The notes below the pieces were generated by a model. That model ran no database searches. It had not been told where the DNA came from and saw only the letters and a program-made list of their open reading frames with translations. A DNA stretch of 64,000 bases from Squalus acanthias (lineage: Eukaryota): NCBI GenBank assembly GCA_030390025.1, contig CM059432.1, positions 105,092,001 to 105,156,000 on the forward strand, in the 5' to 3' direction. This document shows positions 1 to 11,579 of the stretch, one piece after another (within the stretch, counting starts at the first letter, position 1; every line of letters starts with the position of its first letter). A program made the position numbers and the translations under genes.

Positions 1-774
1 GAGTATCAGATGAATGTTTTCCTCCTGTTCATAATACATGCATATTGGAGAACAGCGTTGGAATTTATCATTCACATCTAAATTAGCTTTCCCTTGAATC
101 ATCTTACATAACCTGGTCCAAATTATATTGATAGTTACACAAGCCAAGCTGATCACCACAGGAGTGTAGTACAACACAGCAATGAAGTTTCAAAGTTAGC
201 AAAGGTGAAGTCAGACACAGAGATATATTAACCTACACTATATTTAACAATATCTGTAATCACACAATTGACACAATCATAAGGTTAAATATTGAAAGGT
301 TACAATAAGTACTTGGATATGGATTATTGTCAAAGTTTAGATCATCATCAGCGCAACCATAATTTAAGTGTATCACAATTTCTCAGCCTTAGTTGGGTTT
401 TGGTTAATAACAGTATCACAGAACTACGAAACAAAAATGGAAAATTATCAAAACATTCGGCAGGCCAGGCCGCATCTGTGATGTGATCAGAGGAGTTAAT
501 GTTTTGGGTGTGGATGATTTTCCTTGCTCCCCTCCGCCTAAGGCTGGACAGGAGCCATGCACCAGAAATGCACTGAACTTGTCTAGTCTCCGGTAAACCT
601 ACATTTTCTGTCCCAGGCCATTAACATGACTTGAGGGCACCCTGGAGCATACCCTGCCCCTGACCAGGCCCAGTGCTAGAAAACCAAGGGGAAAATTGGT
701 CTGAAAACCAGCCTTAACATGTTCAGGGTGCCTAGGGAGAGCAGAAGATCCCAAGGCCCAAAGATCTGCTGGAT

Positions 775-2855
775 GAACATAGGAACATAGGAACAGGAGT
801 AGACCATTGAGCCCCTCGAGCCTGTTCCGCCATCAATGAGATCATGGCTGATCTGTGACTTAACTCCATACACCCGCCATTGCCCCATATCCCTTAATAC
901 CTTTGGTTAACAAAAATCTTTCAATCTCAGATTTAAATTAACAATTGACCTAGCATCAACTGCCGTTTGCAGAAGAGAGTTCCAAACATCTACCACCCTT
1001 TGCATGTAGAAGTGTTTCCTAACTTCACTCCTGAAAGGCCTGGCTCTAGTTTTTAGGCTCTGTTCCCTAGTCCGAGACTCCCCATCCAGCAGAAATAGTT
1101 TCTCTCTATCTACCCTATCAGTTCCCCTTAATATCTTGAAAACTTTGATCAAATCAAATTAACCTTCTAATTTCCAGGGAATACAACCCTAGTTTGTGTA
1201 ATCGCTCCTTGTAATTCAACCCTTGGAGTCCGGGTATCATTCTGGTAAACCTATGCTGCACTCCCTCCAAGGCCTATATATCCTTCCTACGGTGTGGTGC
1301 CCAGAACTGCTCTCAGTACTCCAGCTGTGGTCTAACCAGGGTTTTGTATAGCTGTAGCATAACTTCTACCTCCTTGTATTCTAGTCTTCTAGATATAAAG
1401 GCCATCATTCCATTAGCCTTTTTGATTATTTTCTGTACCTGTCTATGCATTTTAATGATCTATGTACATGAACCTCGAAGTCTCTTTGGACCTCCACTAT
1501 TTCTAGTTTTTCACCATTTAGAAAGTACTCTGACCTATCCTTTTTAGGTCCAAAGTGGATGGCCTCACACTTGCCTATATTGAAATCCATTTGCCACAAT
1601 TTTGGCCATTCACATAATCTATTAATATCTCTTTGTAATTTTATGCTTCCACCTACATTGCTTACAATGCCGCCTATCTTTGTGGCATCGGCAAACTTGG
1701 ATATGTGGTTCTCTATCCCATCATTTAAGTTGTTAATAAATACAGTGAATAGCTGCGGCCCCAACACAGATCCCTGTGGGACACCACTAGTCACATCCTG
1801 CCAATTAGAGTACCTGCCCATTATCCCTACTCTCTGTCTCCTGCCCCACAGCCAATTTCCTAACCAGGTCAATAACTTGTTTTCAATTGCATGAGCGTCA
1901 ACTTTAGCTAACAGTCTCTTATGAGGGAATTTATCAAATACCTTCTGGAAGTTCTTTTAAATAACATCCATAGACATTCCCCTGTCCACTACTTTAGTCA
2001 CCTCTTCAAAAAATTCAATCAGGTTTGTCAGGCATGACCAACCCTTTACAAATCCATGCTGGCTCTCTCTGATCAGCTGAACATTTTCAAGGTGTTCAGT
2101 CACTCTATCCTTAATTATAGACTCTACTAATTTCTCGACAACAGATGTTAGGTTAACTGGTCTATAATTCCCTGATTTACCCTCTCTCACCTTTCTTAAA
2201 TAGCAGAATGAGATGTGCAATTTTCCAATCTAAAGGAATGGTTCCTGAATCGAGAGAACTTTGGAACATTATATTTCGGGCATCTGCAATGCTCTCACCT
2301 ACTTCCTTTAAAACTCTTTAAAACCCTTGGAAACCATCTGGTCCTGGGGATTTGTCACTTTTTAGTGCCATTAATTCCTTCATTACTGTTATTTTGCTTG
2401 CGTTCATTTTGGTGAGTCCCTGTCACTGTTTCAATATTAGTTTCCTTGGGTTGTCTGGCATACTATCTATCCTCTTCCTCTACTGTAAGTACTGGCACAA
2501 AGTAATTATTCAACATGTCCGCCATTTCCTTACTTTAATTTACGATATCACCCTTATTAGTTTTCAAGAGGCCCACATTGCTCCTGACCACCTTCTTTTT
2601 CCTAATATAGTTGTAAAAAAATGTTGTGTTGATTTTGCTATCACTCACAAGTTTCTTTTCATACTCTCTTTTTCTAGCTCTTACTATCTGTTTTGTCACC
2701 TTTTGTTCTTTGTATCGCTCCCAGTTGCCAGGATCTGTGCTATTTTTTGCATTTTTATATGCTTTTTCTTTTAGTTTTATGTTGTCCCTTACCTCTTTTG
2801 TTGTCCATGGCTGTTTTTTTTTGTCAAGTAAAGCTCTTGCCCCTTAGGGGTATAA
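775..2855 (-). mobile_element. CR1-clade LINE, 5'-truncated, decayed ORF2 (RT)
   Basis: (GAACATAG)n tail at 775-795. Minus-strand RT fragments [30 protein letters not shown], broken by frameshifts. 5' end approximate. Confidence 0.92.
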
Positions 2856-3964
2856 ATGTTTAAATTTACCTATTGGGTTCCTCTTTAATTTGACACTAGG
2901 GCACCTCAGAACCGACCCCCCACCATTCTGAAACAAGCCTTCACCATCTTATTGGGGCACCCTGCATATGGCCACTCCATGGCTACAACTCTCGGAGAAA
3001 GCGACGGGAGGCTGGGACCAGGCTCTCTTGCCTCATTTACTTATTAGCAATGGGTCTGAACCTATTGAAGGCACAGGCCCAGCTTCGTGTCCCCACCTCA
3101 ATCCAGGGGCAACATATGGGGCACAAATCCTGCAAAATGAGTCTCCACTCTCCGCCCCTTTTTTCCTTACTTTTATGCCTGGAGAATGGGATTCCCTGGA
3201 GTCAAAGGTCAGGAAAATCAACCTGTATGTTTATTGCCCAAAATTGAAGTATGGCTTTGTAAGATTAAGTTTATAGTTTGCATTCAATGTATTACTGGTA
3301 AGTTTTCAGTATTTGAGTATTCAGGCCATTCCTAATAGCATAAGCATACAACCTTGTACTTCTAATAGGTAGCATTGGGCAGTTATACATTCTGACAGAA
3401 TGCTTGGCTACACCTTTGAGGACACTTGCAGTGAGTTGACACTCCTGGTTGTTGTCTTCTTTTTTCAGTTGTCTCCTTCTACCAACTCAACTAATTTTGT
3501 ATGTATGTGTTTTTTTGTTGTACTGATACTTTTCTCTGTCTCTATTAAGTGACCGGAGGTATTAAATAACCACTGTGATCATTTTACAAGTTTTAGGGGT
3601 AAAAATTCAGTTGGTTGCGCCTCCCGTTAGCGCCTTAAGAGGGCGCTAATGGGGCGCAAAGCCGCTAACGCCCGGGCGCAGCGATGTTTGCGCCGCTCGG
3701 GAACTTAACTAGAGATTGTGCGGCGGCGCTAAACTTTACCGCTGCGACCACCTGCGCGCGCAGATTGTGACGTCATTCCATGGTGCAACGCCCTTGTGGT
3801 GCCCCGGAGCGGAAATTGAGTGGCGCCCCCTGCCTTACCGCCTGGCGCATCCAACGACCGGAAGACTGGAACGCTATCAATCGCTGTGGGGCTGGGGGGG
3901 GGCGCTATTTAAAGGGGGCCTCTTCCTGTCTTTTTCTGTGGTTGACATTTTTGCACCACTCGTT

Positions 3965-3966
<2 letters not shown>

Positions 3967-4003
<37 letters not shown>
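3967..4003 (+). repeat. (GA)n microsatellite upstream of the transposase ATG
   Basis: Seen directly. A counterpart (TC)n lies at ~19349-19386 in copy 2. Confidence 0.95.
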
Positions 4004-4004
<1 letters not shown>

Positions 4005-4107
4005 CTTCTGCATTGACTCAACGCTTTGTGAGGTAGTTTTGCCTACTGATCCTAACTTCGCTAGTAATTTAGTTGCTGTCCTTCATTACTTTGCGTGCAA
4101 AGAGACT

Positions 4108-5268
4108 ATGGGGGCTGCACTGATTGGGGGCGTCGTCCTGCTCCAGCTGAATCGGAGGACACAGAGACGCAGAGAGAGAGTGGCAATGATGGCCAGACGG
4201 AGGAGGGCCAACAGGCGTATGTACAGGAGAGCTTACCCTCCCAGGGTATATCGTGAACAGCTCTCCTACATTCATATGTCTGAGGAGCTGTGTTTGCGAA
4301 GGCTGCGATTCAGCAAGGAGGTGGTCACTGAGCTCTGCCACCTGCTGCAGCCAGATCTGCAGCCTCAACTGAGGTCCAGGACGTCTCTGTCGGTGGCAGT
4401 GAAGGTCACAGTGGCTCTCAACTTCTACGCTACTGGCTCATTTCAAGCTGCTGCTGGGGACCTCGCCAATATCTCCCAGTTCGCGGTGCATTGCTGCATC
4501 CGGCAGGTCACAAATGCCCTCTTTAAAAGGAGACGAGAGTTCATCTCTTTCCCCATGACCCCAGACAAGCAGCGTGACCGCGCTCTGGGCTTTGCGAGGA
4601 TAGCGGGCTTCCCCATGGTGCAGGGCGCCATTGACTGCACGCATGTGGCTTTGCGTGCTCCGCATGAGAATGCCGAGGAATTCCGGAACAGAAAGGGGTT
4701 CCATTCCTTGAATGTTCAGTTGGTCTGTGACCACAGACAGCTGATACTCGCTGTCAATGCCCACTATCCTGGCAGCTGCCACGATGCTTTTATCCTGCGC
4801 CAGACTACTGTGGCAGAACTTTTCGAGGCACTGCATCAGCCAGTTGGTTGGCTTCTCGGGGACAAGGGGTATGCATTGAGCACCTGGCTGATGACACCGC
4901 TCCGTACGCCCAACACCCCTGCTGAGCTGCGGTACAATGAGAGCCATCAAGCTACCAGGAACATAATTGAGCGCACAATCGGCGTGCTGAAGCAACGGTT
5001 CCGCTGTCTCGACCATTCTGGAGGAGCCCTGCAGTACTCGCCTGAGCGAGTATCCAACTTCGTAGTTGTGTGCTGCATGTTGCATAACATGGCAATCGTC
5101 AGGACCCAGCCAATGCCACCAGGCCTTGGAGCACCACCAGAGGAGGAGGAGGAAGAGGAGGAAGAGGACGAGGAGGATGATCATCAGCAGCACCAAGGCG
5201 GGAGGGCGGCCCACAATGGTGAAACTGCAAGGGCCGTCCGTCAACGGCTAATAGCAAGCCGCTTCTAG
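4108..5268 (+). CDS. Harbinger DDE transposase (HARBI1-like family), 386 aa from first ATG
   Basis: Open ORF with GAIDCTH, NRKGFHSLNVQ, HDAFIL, LLGDKGY, RNIIERTIGVLKQRFRCL, CCMLHN motifs and an acidic C-terminal tract. Confidence 0.95.
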   Translation: MGAALIGGVVLLQLNRRTQRRRERVAMMARRRRANRRMYRRAYPPRVYREQLSYIHMSEELCLRRLRFSKEVVTELCHLLQPDLQPQLRSRTSLSVAVKVTVALNFYATGSFQAAAGDLANISQFAVHCCIRQVTNALFKRRREFISFPMTPDKQRDRALGFARIAGFPMVQGAIDCTHVALRAPHENAEEFRNRKGFHSLNVQLVCDHRQLILAVNAHYPGSCHDAFILRQTTVAELFEALHQPVGWLLGDKGYALSTWLMTPLRTPNTPAELRYNESHQATRNIIERTIGVLKQRFRCLDHSGGALQYSPERVSNFVVVCCMLHNMAIVRTQPMPPGLGAPPEEEEEEEEEDEEDDHQQHQGGRAAHNGETARAVRQRLIASRF

Positions 5269-5580
5269 GGCCCCTGCTGTGGAAATGGCTTCTGCCATTG
5301 CTAACAACATCAATGAACCCAGCACGCAACCCCTAAGCTGGCCAAGGCACCAATAATTCCAAACACCAACCATGTATATTTTGAATACAGAAACTTATTT
5401 ATTTTACAAACTCTGTGTGTGTCATTTCCTCATGACAAACTCATAGAAATAAACACAAAAAAACAGTCAATAACATAACTGGTTCTCACAACCTGGAGAT
5501 AATGTCCAAAACACTAAACAAAAGTTGGACCATGAACCTCGACCTTTAATAAAAAAATGACCAGCATTTTGTCACACCTC

Positions 5581-7400
5581 CTACTTTTTCCCCTTCGAGG
5601 GTGATCTCCTTCCCTTGCGCACTTCCCCCCTTCTAACCCTACTGCTCCTCCGTAATGGGATCTCAGTGGCTGCAGCAAGGCTGGTGGAAAGCTGCTGCTC
5701 GTCAGACCCTGACACTGCAGATGCCCCTGAAGGACGGCCTCGACCAGTTCTGGGCCTGGAGGGCCCGGCTGCAGACTGCACCAACTCTGCATGGGCGGCA
5801 GCAGTCTGTCCTACAGGCGGTGGCAAGTGCAGTGGAGAAGTGACAGTGTTGGCAGCAGGAATGCTGTCATCGTGAGAGAAGACAGCAACTCCCTGCTCGC
5901 CCGACACACTGGCACTCCCACGGGGCAGCACTTCAGCATCCGGAGCAATCTGCTGGAGAACAGATTGCTGGCCTGCTGCGGCGCGGTGAGAGCCCCGGGG
6001 ACATGTGAACGAACCATCGAGGTTGGCAGCAGTCTGTGCTCGCGTGGCCTCAATCTGAGTCTGCATGAGAGCAGTCAGAGATGGGATCACGGCAGCCAGT
6101 GACTGAATTGCAGCACTAAGCGTTAGTGTGGCATCCGCCTGAGCTACAGCGAAGTGCTCCACACTCCTTGCCAGTGACTCAATGCATTCGGGCACCCTTC
6201 CCACTGCACCCATGAGCTCAGTGTGCATGCCCACCGCCTGGGTGTTCATTTCTGCGATCAGCCGCTCCTCCCCTGCGTCCATTGCAGTAGGAGTCTCTGG
6301 CCTACTCTCCCTCTGGGGAGAAGGCCCCCGTTCTTCCCTACCCCCATGGCGTTGCTGCAGCCCGCTGGGTCCTGGAGCTTCACCCTCATCAGACCCTTCC
6401 CCACTGCTCCCCTCCAGGGAAGGCGTGTTCCCAGTGTGGGCATGGGCTTCCTCGGGAGAGGGTGGCACTGATGCTCCGGCTTCCTCTTCCTCCTCGGCTG
6501 CAGCTTCACTCCCAGTGGCAGCTTCAGGGCCCGTCTCCTCAGCTGGTGAATCACCATCTGAAAGCAGGGAGGTACAAGAGTGGCTTTAGCATGAGGACAG
6601 GGTGGCAGTAAGGGAGGAATAAGTGCAGCGAGTTAGCAAGTTGGATTGAAAGTGTCAAAGGCTGGTGTTGTGAGGGACAAGTGGAAGGACAGAGGACAAA
6701 AAGGTGATGACCTTCCCATTGCTGTCCAGAACGGGGTCGGCGTCTCCAGTGGCGACGGGACCGATCACCCGGCTTGCCACAATCCTGTGGACGCGCTCCT
6801 CAAGATCGCTGAAGGGTTGCAGCTGAGGCCGCCCTCCACCTGTCCGTTGCTGCTGTCTCCGATTATGCGCCAGCTTGGCCTGTAAGAAAAAGGACAGCAT
6901 CTGAGTAAATATACAGCCATGGTCTTGCCTGATGTGCCTCCCATAGGTGAATAGCCCTTACTGTATGCAGCCATGGCCTTGCCTGATGTGCCTCCCATAG
7001 GTGAATAGCCCTTACTGTATGCAAAGTGTGGAATGTGTGTGTGTGTTTCATGAAAGGGCCATAGGTGTTGGATGAGTGTTGTGCATTGGGGTTTTAAGAC
7101 CCTCTGGCCATAGAGTGAGGTTGAGATGGAGGGATGGAGAGGTATTGAGAAAAAGCCACTCACCCTGACGACCCGAGTGAGGTCGTTGAACTTTTTGCGG
7201 CATTGAGTATGGGTCCTGGGCACCATGCTCCTGGAGGAGACGCTCTGAGCCACCTCCCTCCACACTCTTCTGTACTCGCGTGGCAAAGGCCTCCTGCCAC
7301 TCTCAGGGAAGAGTATACATCTTCTGCGCTCCACCGCGCCAACCAGAGCATCCAAGGCCCGCTCGGTGAAGCGATGAGCTCGTTCTCTCACCCTCTCCAT
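5581..7400 (-). CDS. Harbinger Myb/SANT-like DNA-binding protein gene, three exons; intron-2 donor mutated
   Basis: Predicted exons 7400-7164, 6879-6717, 6557-5581 (458 aa if spliced). Trihelix motif RFTERALDALV...W..VAQSV...RT..QCRKKFNDL. Intron-2 donor reads GGAAGG versus GTAAGG in copy 2. Confidence 0.85.
6914..7022 (-). repeat. 54-bp tandem duplication in intron 1 of the Myb/SANT gene
   Basis: Two copies of GCATACAGTAAGGGCTATTCACCTATGGGAGGCACATCAGGCAAG(G/A)CCATGGCT. Also present in copy 2 at ~16345-16452. Confidence 0.9.
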
Positions 7401-7920
7401 CCTTGGCAGCAAAATGGATTCACAGGTCTCTCCAGGCCGAGATTCAAGGCTGCAATGAGCAGGGTGTGGCTGGGGAGCAAGTTGGCCCCCCCCGCTTTAA
7501 GAAGTGGCCGGCGCCAGTGTGTCTGTGTTCCCTCGCTAACTGGCAGCAGCTGTGCTGCGCTCGCGCGCTGAGTTAGCGCCTCACTGCTCGGCCTTTGCGC
7601 CTTAAGACAGGTGTGCAGCGCCTGATTTAGCGCTCCACTCACCTCCCGGGGCGGTAAAAGTGAAGTTTCCAGTCACTGGCGATAATTAGCGCCAGGCGCT
7701 AATATTTGCGTCCAGACGATATTTGCGCCCCAAATGGGGCGCGACCTAATTTTTCCCCCTTACTCTTTCGGTTACACATTTAACTTTTTAACTTTCACTC
7801 TTAGCACTTTCTCCATTTGGAAGACCAATTTCTAAAGATTCTTACAATTTCTTTTAGCCTTCAAAGCTTCCCCAAACCTTCTTAAAATGTTCTGATTTGA
7901 TTGGCAGAACATGACCTTAT

Positions 7921-8648
7921 GGGGGAAAAATTCGGTTGCTTTGCGCCTTGTTAGCGCCGTGAGGGGGCGCTAACGGGGCGCAAAGCAACTCGCACCCGGG
8001 CGCAACGCCGCTAACGTCTCCCGCAAAATTCAGCAGGAGGTTAGCGGCGGCAGTAGCCGGTAGCGCCCTGCGGCGCCGCACCTCCAGCGATGACGTCATC
8101 GATGAGCGCAGCGCCCCGGCCGCAAACTTGGTTTGCGCCCCCTGACCTACCGCCGGACGCTATGTCGGACAGGGTCAGGGGGGCATTCTTGTGGCCGGGG
8201 CAGCGGTAATTAAAGGGCAGGTGCCGGGCGGCCATTAATTTTTGGCCGCCTGCTAGCACCTGCCCCCTCTGGCCTCCTCCTTAGGGGTGGTGGCCGCGAT
8301 CCATCAGCCCGGCACTCCTCTTGAGTGCCGGGCTCTTTTGCCGGCACCCCGCTCCCTGGTGGCCCAGCACGGCCCCGGTGCTAAGCCCCTCCCCTTTAAT
8401 CAGGGGAGGGAGGCCTGTTGCACCACGGCGCTCTGTGCCGGCACGCCTGGCGCTGCTGCACGTAGTGCCGTGATATTCAATGAGAGCGCCCCAAGAGGGA
8501 GGGGGAGAGCTTCCAGGAGCGCCCCGCCTCCTGCTTGGGGCGCTACCATTGAATTTTGGGCACGGGGGTGCTAACTTTTTCGGGGCACTAAATGTGGCAC
8601 CCTGGCGAAGTTATCGCCCCAAAGGGGGCACAAGCCAATTTTTCTCAC
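7921..8648. mobile_element. Harbinger-type MITE (family B)
   Basis: GGGGGAAAAATT...AATTTTTCTCAC ends, flanked by TTAT on both sides. TTAGCGCC motifs; internal hairpin AGCCCGGCACTC-CTCTT-GAGTGCCGGGCT. Confidence 0.85.
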
Positions 8649-8929
8649 TTATGGAACACAACTGTTAGTGACCAATCAAGATGATCAATTCTGTCACATG
8701 GATCCTTTCCAGATTGTCATTCAACTTCAACTGGTGAAGAGAGTGGCGAGGGGTGGGCGGCGCGGGTGGTGGGCGTGGGGAGGAGGACTTCTTGCTGAAA
8801 TTAACTGCATAATGTCCTCTAAATTTGTTCAACATGTTTCCTGCCTGACAGCCAGCAGATTTGAGAGTGGGCGGGAGGGCTGACTGTCGGGCGGGAAAGC
8901 AGCCGGAGGGCAGATGCCATCTATAAAAG

Positions 8930-9376
8930 TAGGAGATCGCGGGGGGTGGGGGCGGGGGGGAGTCAGAGAATGCAGGGGGGATGTGAGCAGTTGAAGATCG
9001 TGGAGGGTGGGGGGTGTCAGAGATCGGGGGGGGGGAGTTGGATATCGGGGGGGGGGGAGTTGGAGATTGGGAGGGAGTCGGAGATCGGTGGGGAGTCAGA
9101 GATCGGGGGGGAGTCAGAGATCGGGGGGGAGTTGGAAATCAGGGGGGAGTTGGAGATTGGGGGGGGAGTCGGAGATCGGGGGGGCAGTCGGAGATCGGGG
9201 GGGAGTGGGACATCGGGGGAGGGAGTCGGAGATCGGGGGGGAGTGGGACATCGGGGGAGGGAGTCGGAGATCAGGGGGGGAGTCGGAGATCGGGGGGATT
9301 TGAGAGTTGGAGATGGGGGAGGGAGTCGGAGATCAGGGGGGGGAGTCGGAGATCGGGGGGGGGAGAGTTGGAGATC
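8930..9376 (+). repeat. G-rich GGAGATCG(n) minisatellite, left block
   Basis: Tandem ~17-21 bp units GGAGATC-G(n)-AGTC/AGTT. Confidence 0.95.
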
Positions 9377-9397
9377 ATACCTGTTCTGCCCCGATCA

Positions 9398-11579
9398 TAC
9401 GATGGTATGAGGCACGAGTTAGCTAGGATGGATTGGGGAACGTTACTTAAAGGGTTGATGGTGGATAGGCAATGGCAAACATTTAAAGATCGCATGGATG
9501 AACTGCAGAATTTGTTCATCCCTGTTTGGCATAAAAATAAAATAAAAAAGGTGACTCAACCGTGGCTAACAAGGGAAATTAGGGATAGCATAAGATCCAA
9601 GGAGAGGACATATAATTTGGACAGAAAAAGCAGCAAACCTGAGGATTGGGAACAGTTTAGGATTCAGCAAAGGAGGACAAAGGGATTAATTAAGAGGGGG
9701 AAAATAGATTATGAGAGTAAGCTTGCAGGGAACATAAAAACTGACTGTAAAAGCTTCTATAGATATGTGAAGAGAAAAAGATTGATGAAGTCAGGCGTAG
9801 GTCGCTTGCAGTCAGAATCAGGGGAATTTATAATGGGGAACAAAGAAATGGTAGACCAATTAAATACATACTTTGGCTTCTGGCTTCACAAAGGAGGACA
9901 CAAATAACCTCCCAGAGATGTCGGGTAACATAGGGTCTAATGAGAGGGAGGAATTGAGTGACATCAGTATTTGTAGGGAAATGGTGTTAGGGAAATTGAC
10001 AGGATTGAAGACCGATAAATCCCCAGGGCCTGATAATCTACATCCTAGGGTACTTAAGGAAGTGGCCCTAGAAATAGTAGATGCATTGCTGGTCATCTTC
10101 CAAAATTCTATAGACTCTGGAACAGTTCCCATGGATTAGAGGGTAGCTAACGTAACCCCACTATTTAAAAAAGGTGGTAAAGAAAAAACGGGGAATTATA
10201 GACCGGTAAGCCTGACATCGGTAGTGGGGAAAATGCTAGAGTCCATTATCAAAGATGTAATAGCAGAGCACTTGGAAAACAGTGACAGGATCGGACAAAG
10301 TCAACATGGATTTACAAAAGGTAAATCATGCTTGACTAATCTACTGGAATTTTTTGAGGATGTAACTGGTAGAATAGATAAGGGAGAACCAGTGGATGTG
10401 GTGTATTTGGACTTTCAGAAGGCTTTCGATAAGGTCCCGCATAAGAGATTAGCGTCAAAGTTAAAGCACATGGGATTGGGGGTAAGGTACTGTCTTGGAT
10501 AGAGAACTGGTTGGCTGACAGGAAGCAAAGAGTTGGAATAAACGGGTCTTTTTCCGAGTGGCAGGCAGTGACTAGTGGGGTACCGCAGGGATCGGTGCTA
10601 GGACCCCAGCTATTCACAATATATATAAATGATCCAGACGAGGGAACTAGTTGTAATATCTCCAAGTTTGCAGATGACACAAAGCTGGGTGGGCGTGTGT
10701 GCTGTGAGGCGGAAGGCAGAGAAACTCCAGTATGATTTGGACAGGTTGGGTGATTGGGCGGATGCATGGCAAATGAGTATAATGTGGATAAATGCGAGGT
10801 TATCCACTTCGGTGGCAAAAACAGGAAAACAGATTATTATCTGAACGGCAATAGATTGGGAAAAGGGGAAGTGCAACGAGACCTGGGTGTCCTTGTGCAC
10901 CAGTCGCTGAAGGTAAGCATGCAAGTGCAGCAGGCGGTTAAGAAGGCAAATGGTATGTTGGCCTTCATAGCGAGAGGATTCGAGTACAGGAGCAAGAATG
11001 TCTTGCTGCAGTTGTACAGGGCCTTGGTGAGACCACACCTTGAGTATTGTGTGCAGTTTTGGTCGCCTTATCTGCGGAAGGATGTTCTTGCCATGGAGAG
11101 AGTGCAGCGAAGATTCACCAGACTGATACCTGGGATGGCAGGAATGAGGTATGAGGAGATATTGGGTCGATTAGGCTTATATTCGCTAGAGTTTAGAAGA
11201 ATGAGAGGGAATCTCATTGAAACTTATAAAATTCTAGACAGACTAGATGCAGAAAGGATGTTCCCGATGGCTGGGGAGTCCAGAACCAGGGGTCACAGTC
11301 TAAGGATAAGGGGTAAGCCATTTAGGACTGAGATGAGGAGGAATTTCTTCACCCAGAGAGTGGTGAACCTGTGGCATTCTCTACCACACAAGGCAGTTGA
11401 GGCCAATTCATTAAATATATTCAAGAAGGAGTTAGATATATTTCTTAAGCTAAAGGGATGAAGGGATATGGGAGAAAGCAGGGACAGGGTACTGAATTTC
11501 GATGATCAACCATGATCTCATTAAATGGCGGAACAGGCTCGAGGGGCCGAATGGCCTACTCCTGCTCCTATCTTCTATG
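9398..11579 (+). mobile_element. CR1 LINE, 5'-truncated, inserted into the minisatellite
   Basis: RT motifs [30 protein letters not shown] across frameshifted ORFs. 3' end CCTGCTCCTATCTTCTATG. Same subfamily as 33770-34995 and 46097-49227. Confidence 0.95.

Larger units (their letters stand above)
3596..7759 (+). mobile_element. Full-length PIF/Harbinger DNA transposon, copy 1
   Basis: TIRs GGGGTAAAAATT...AATTTTTCCCCC. TTA TSD at 3593-3595 and 7760-7762. Subterminal TTAGCGCC repeats; convergent transposase and Myb/SANT genes. Confidence 0.96.

Noticed and set aside
4438..5244. 268-aa antisense ORF over the transposase (215 aa in copy 2)
   Set aside because: Shadow of a GC-rich coding strand; length and ends are not conserved between copies.
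4108..5268. Domesticated HARBI1 host gene
   Set aside because: Lies within TIRs and a TSD, has a paired Myb/SANT gene, and has multiple related copies nearby, so it is a transposon gene.
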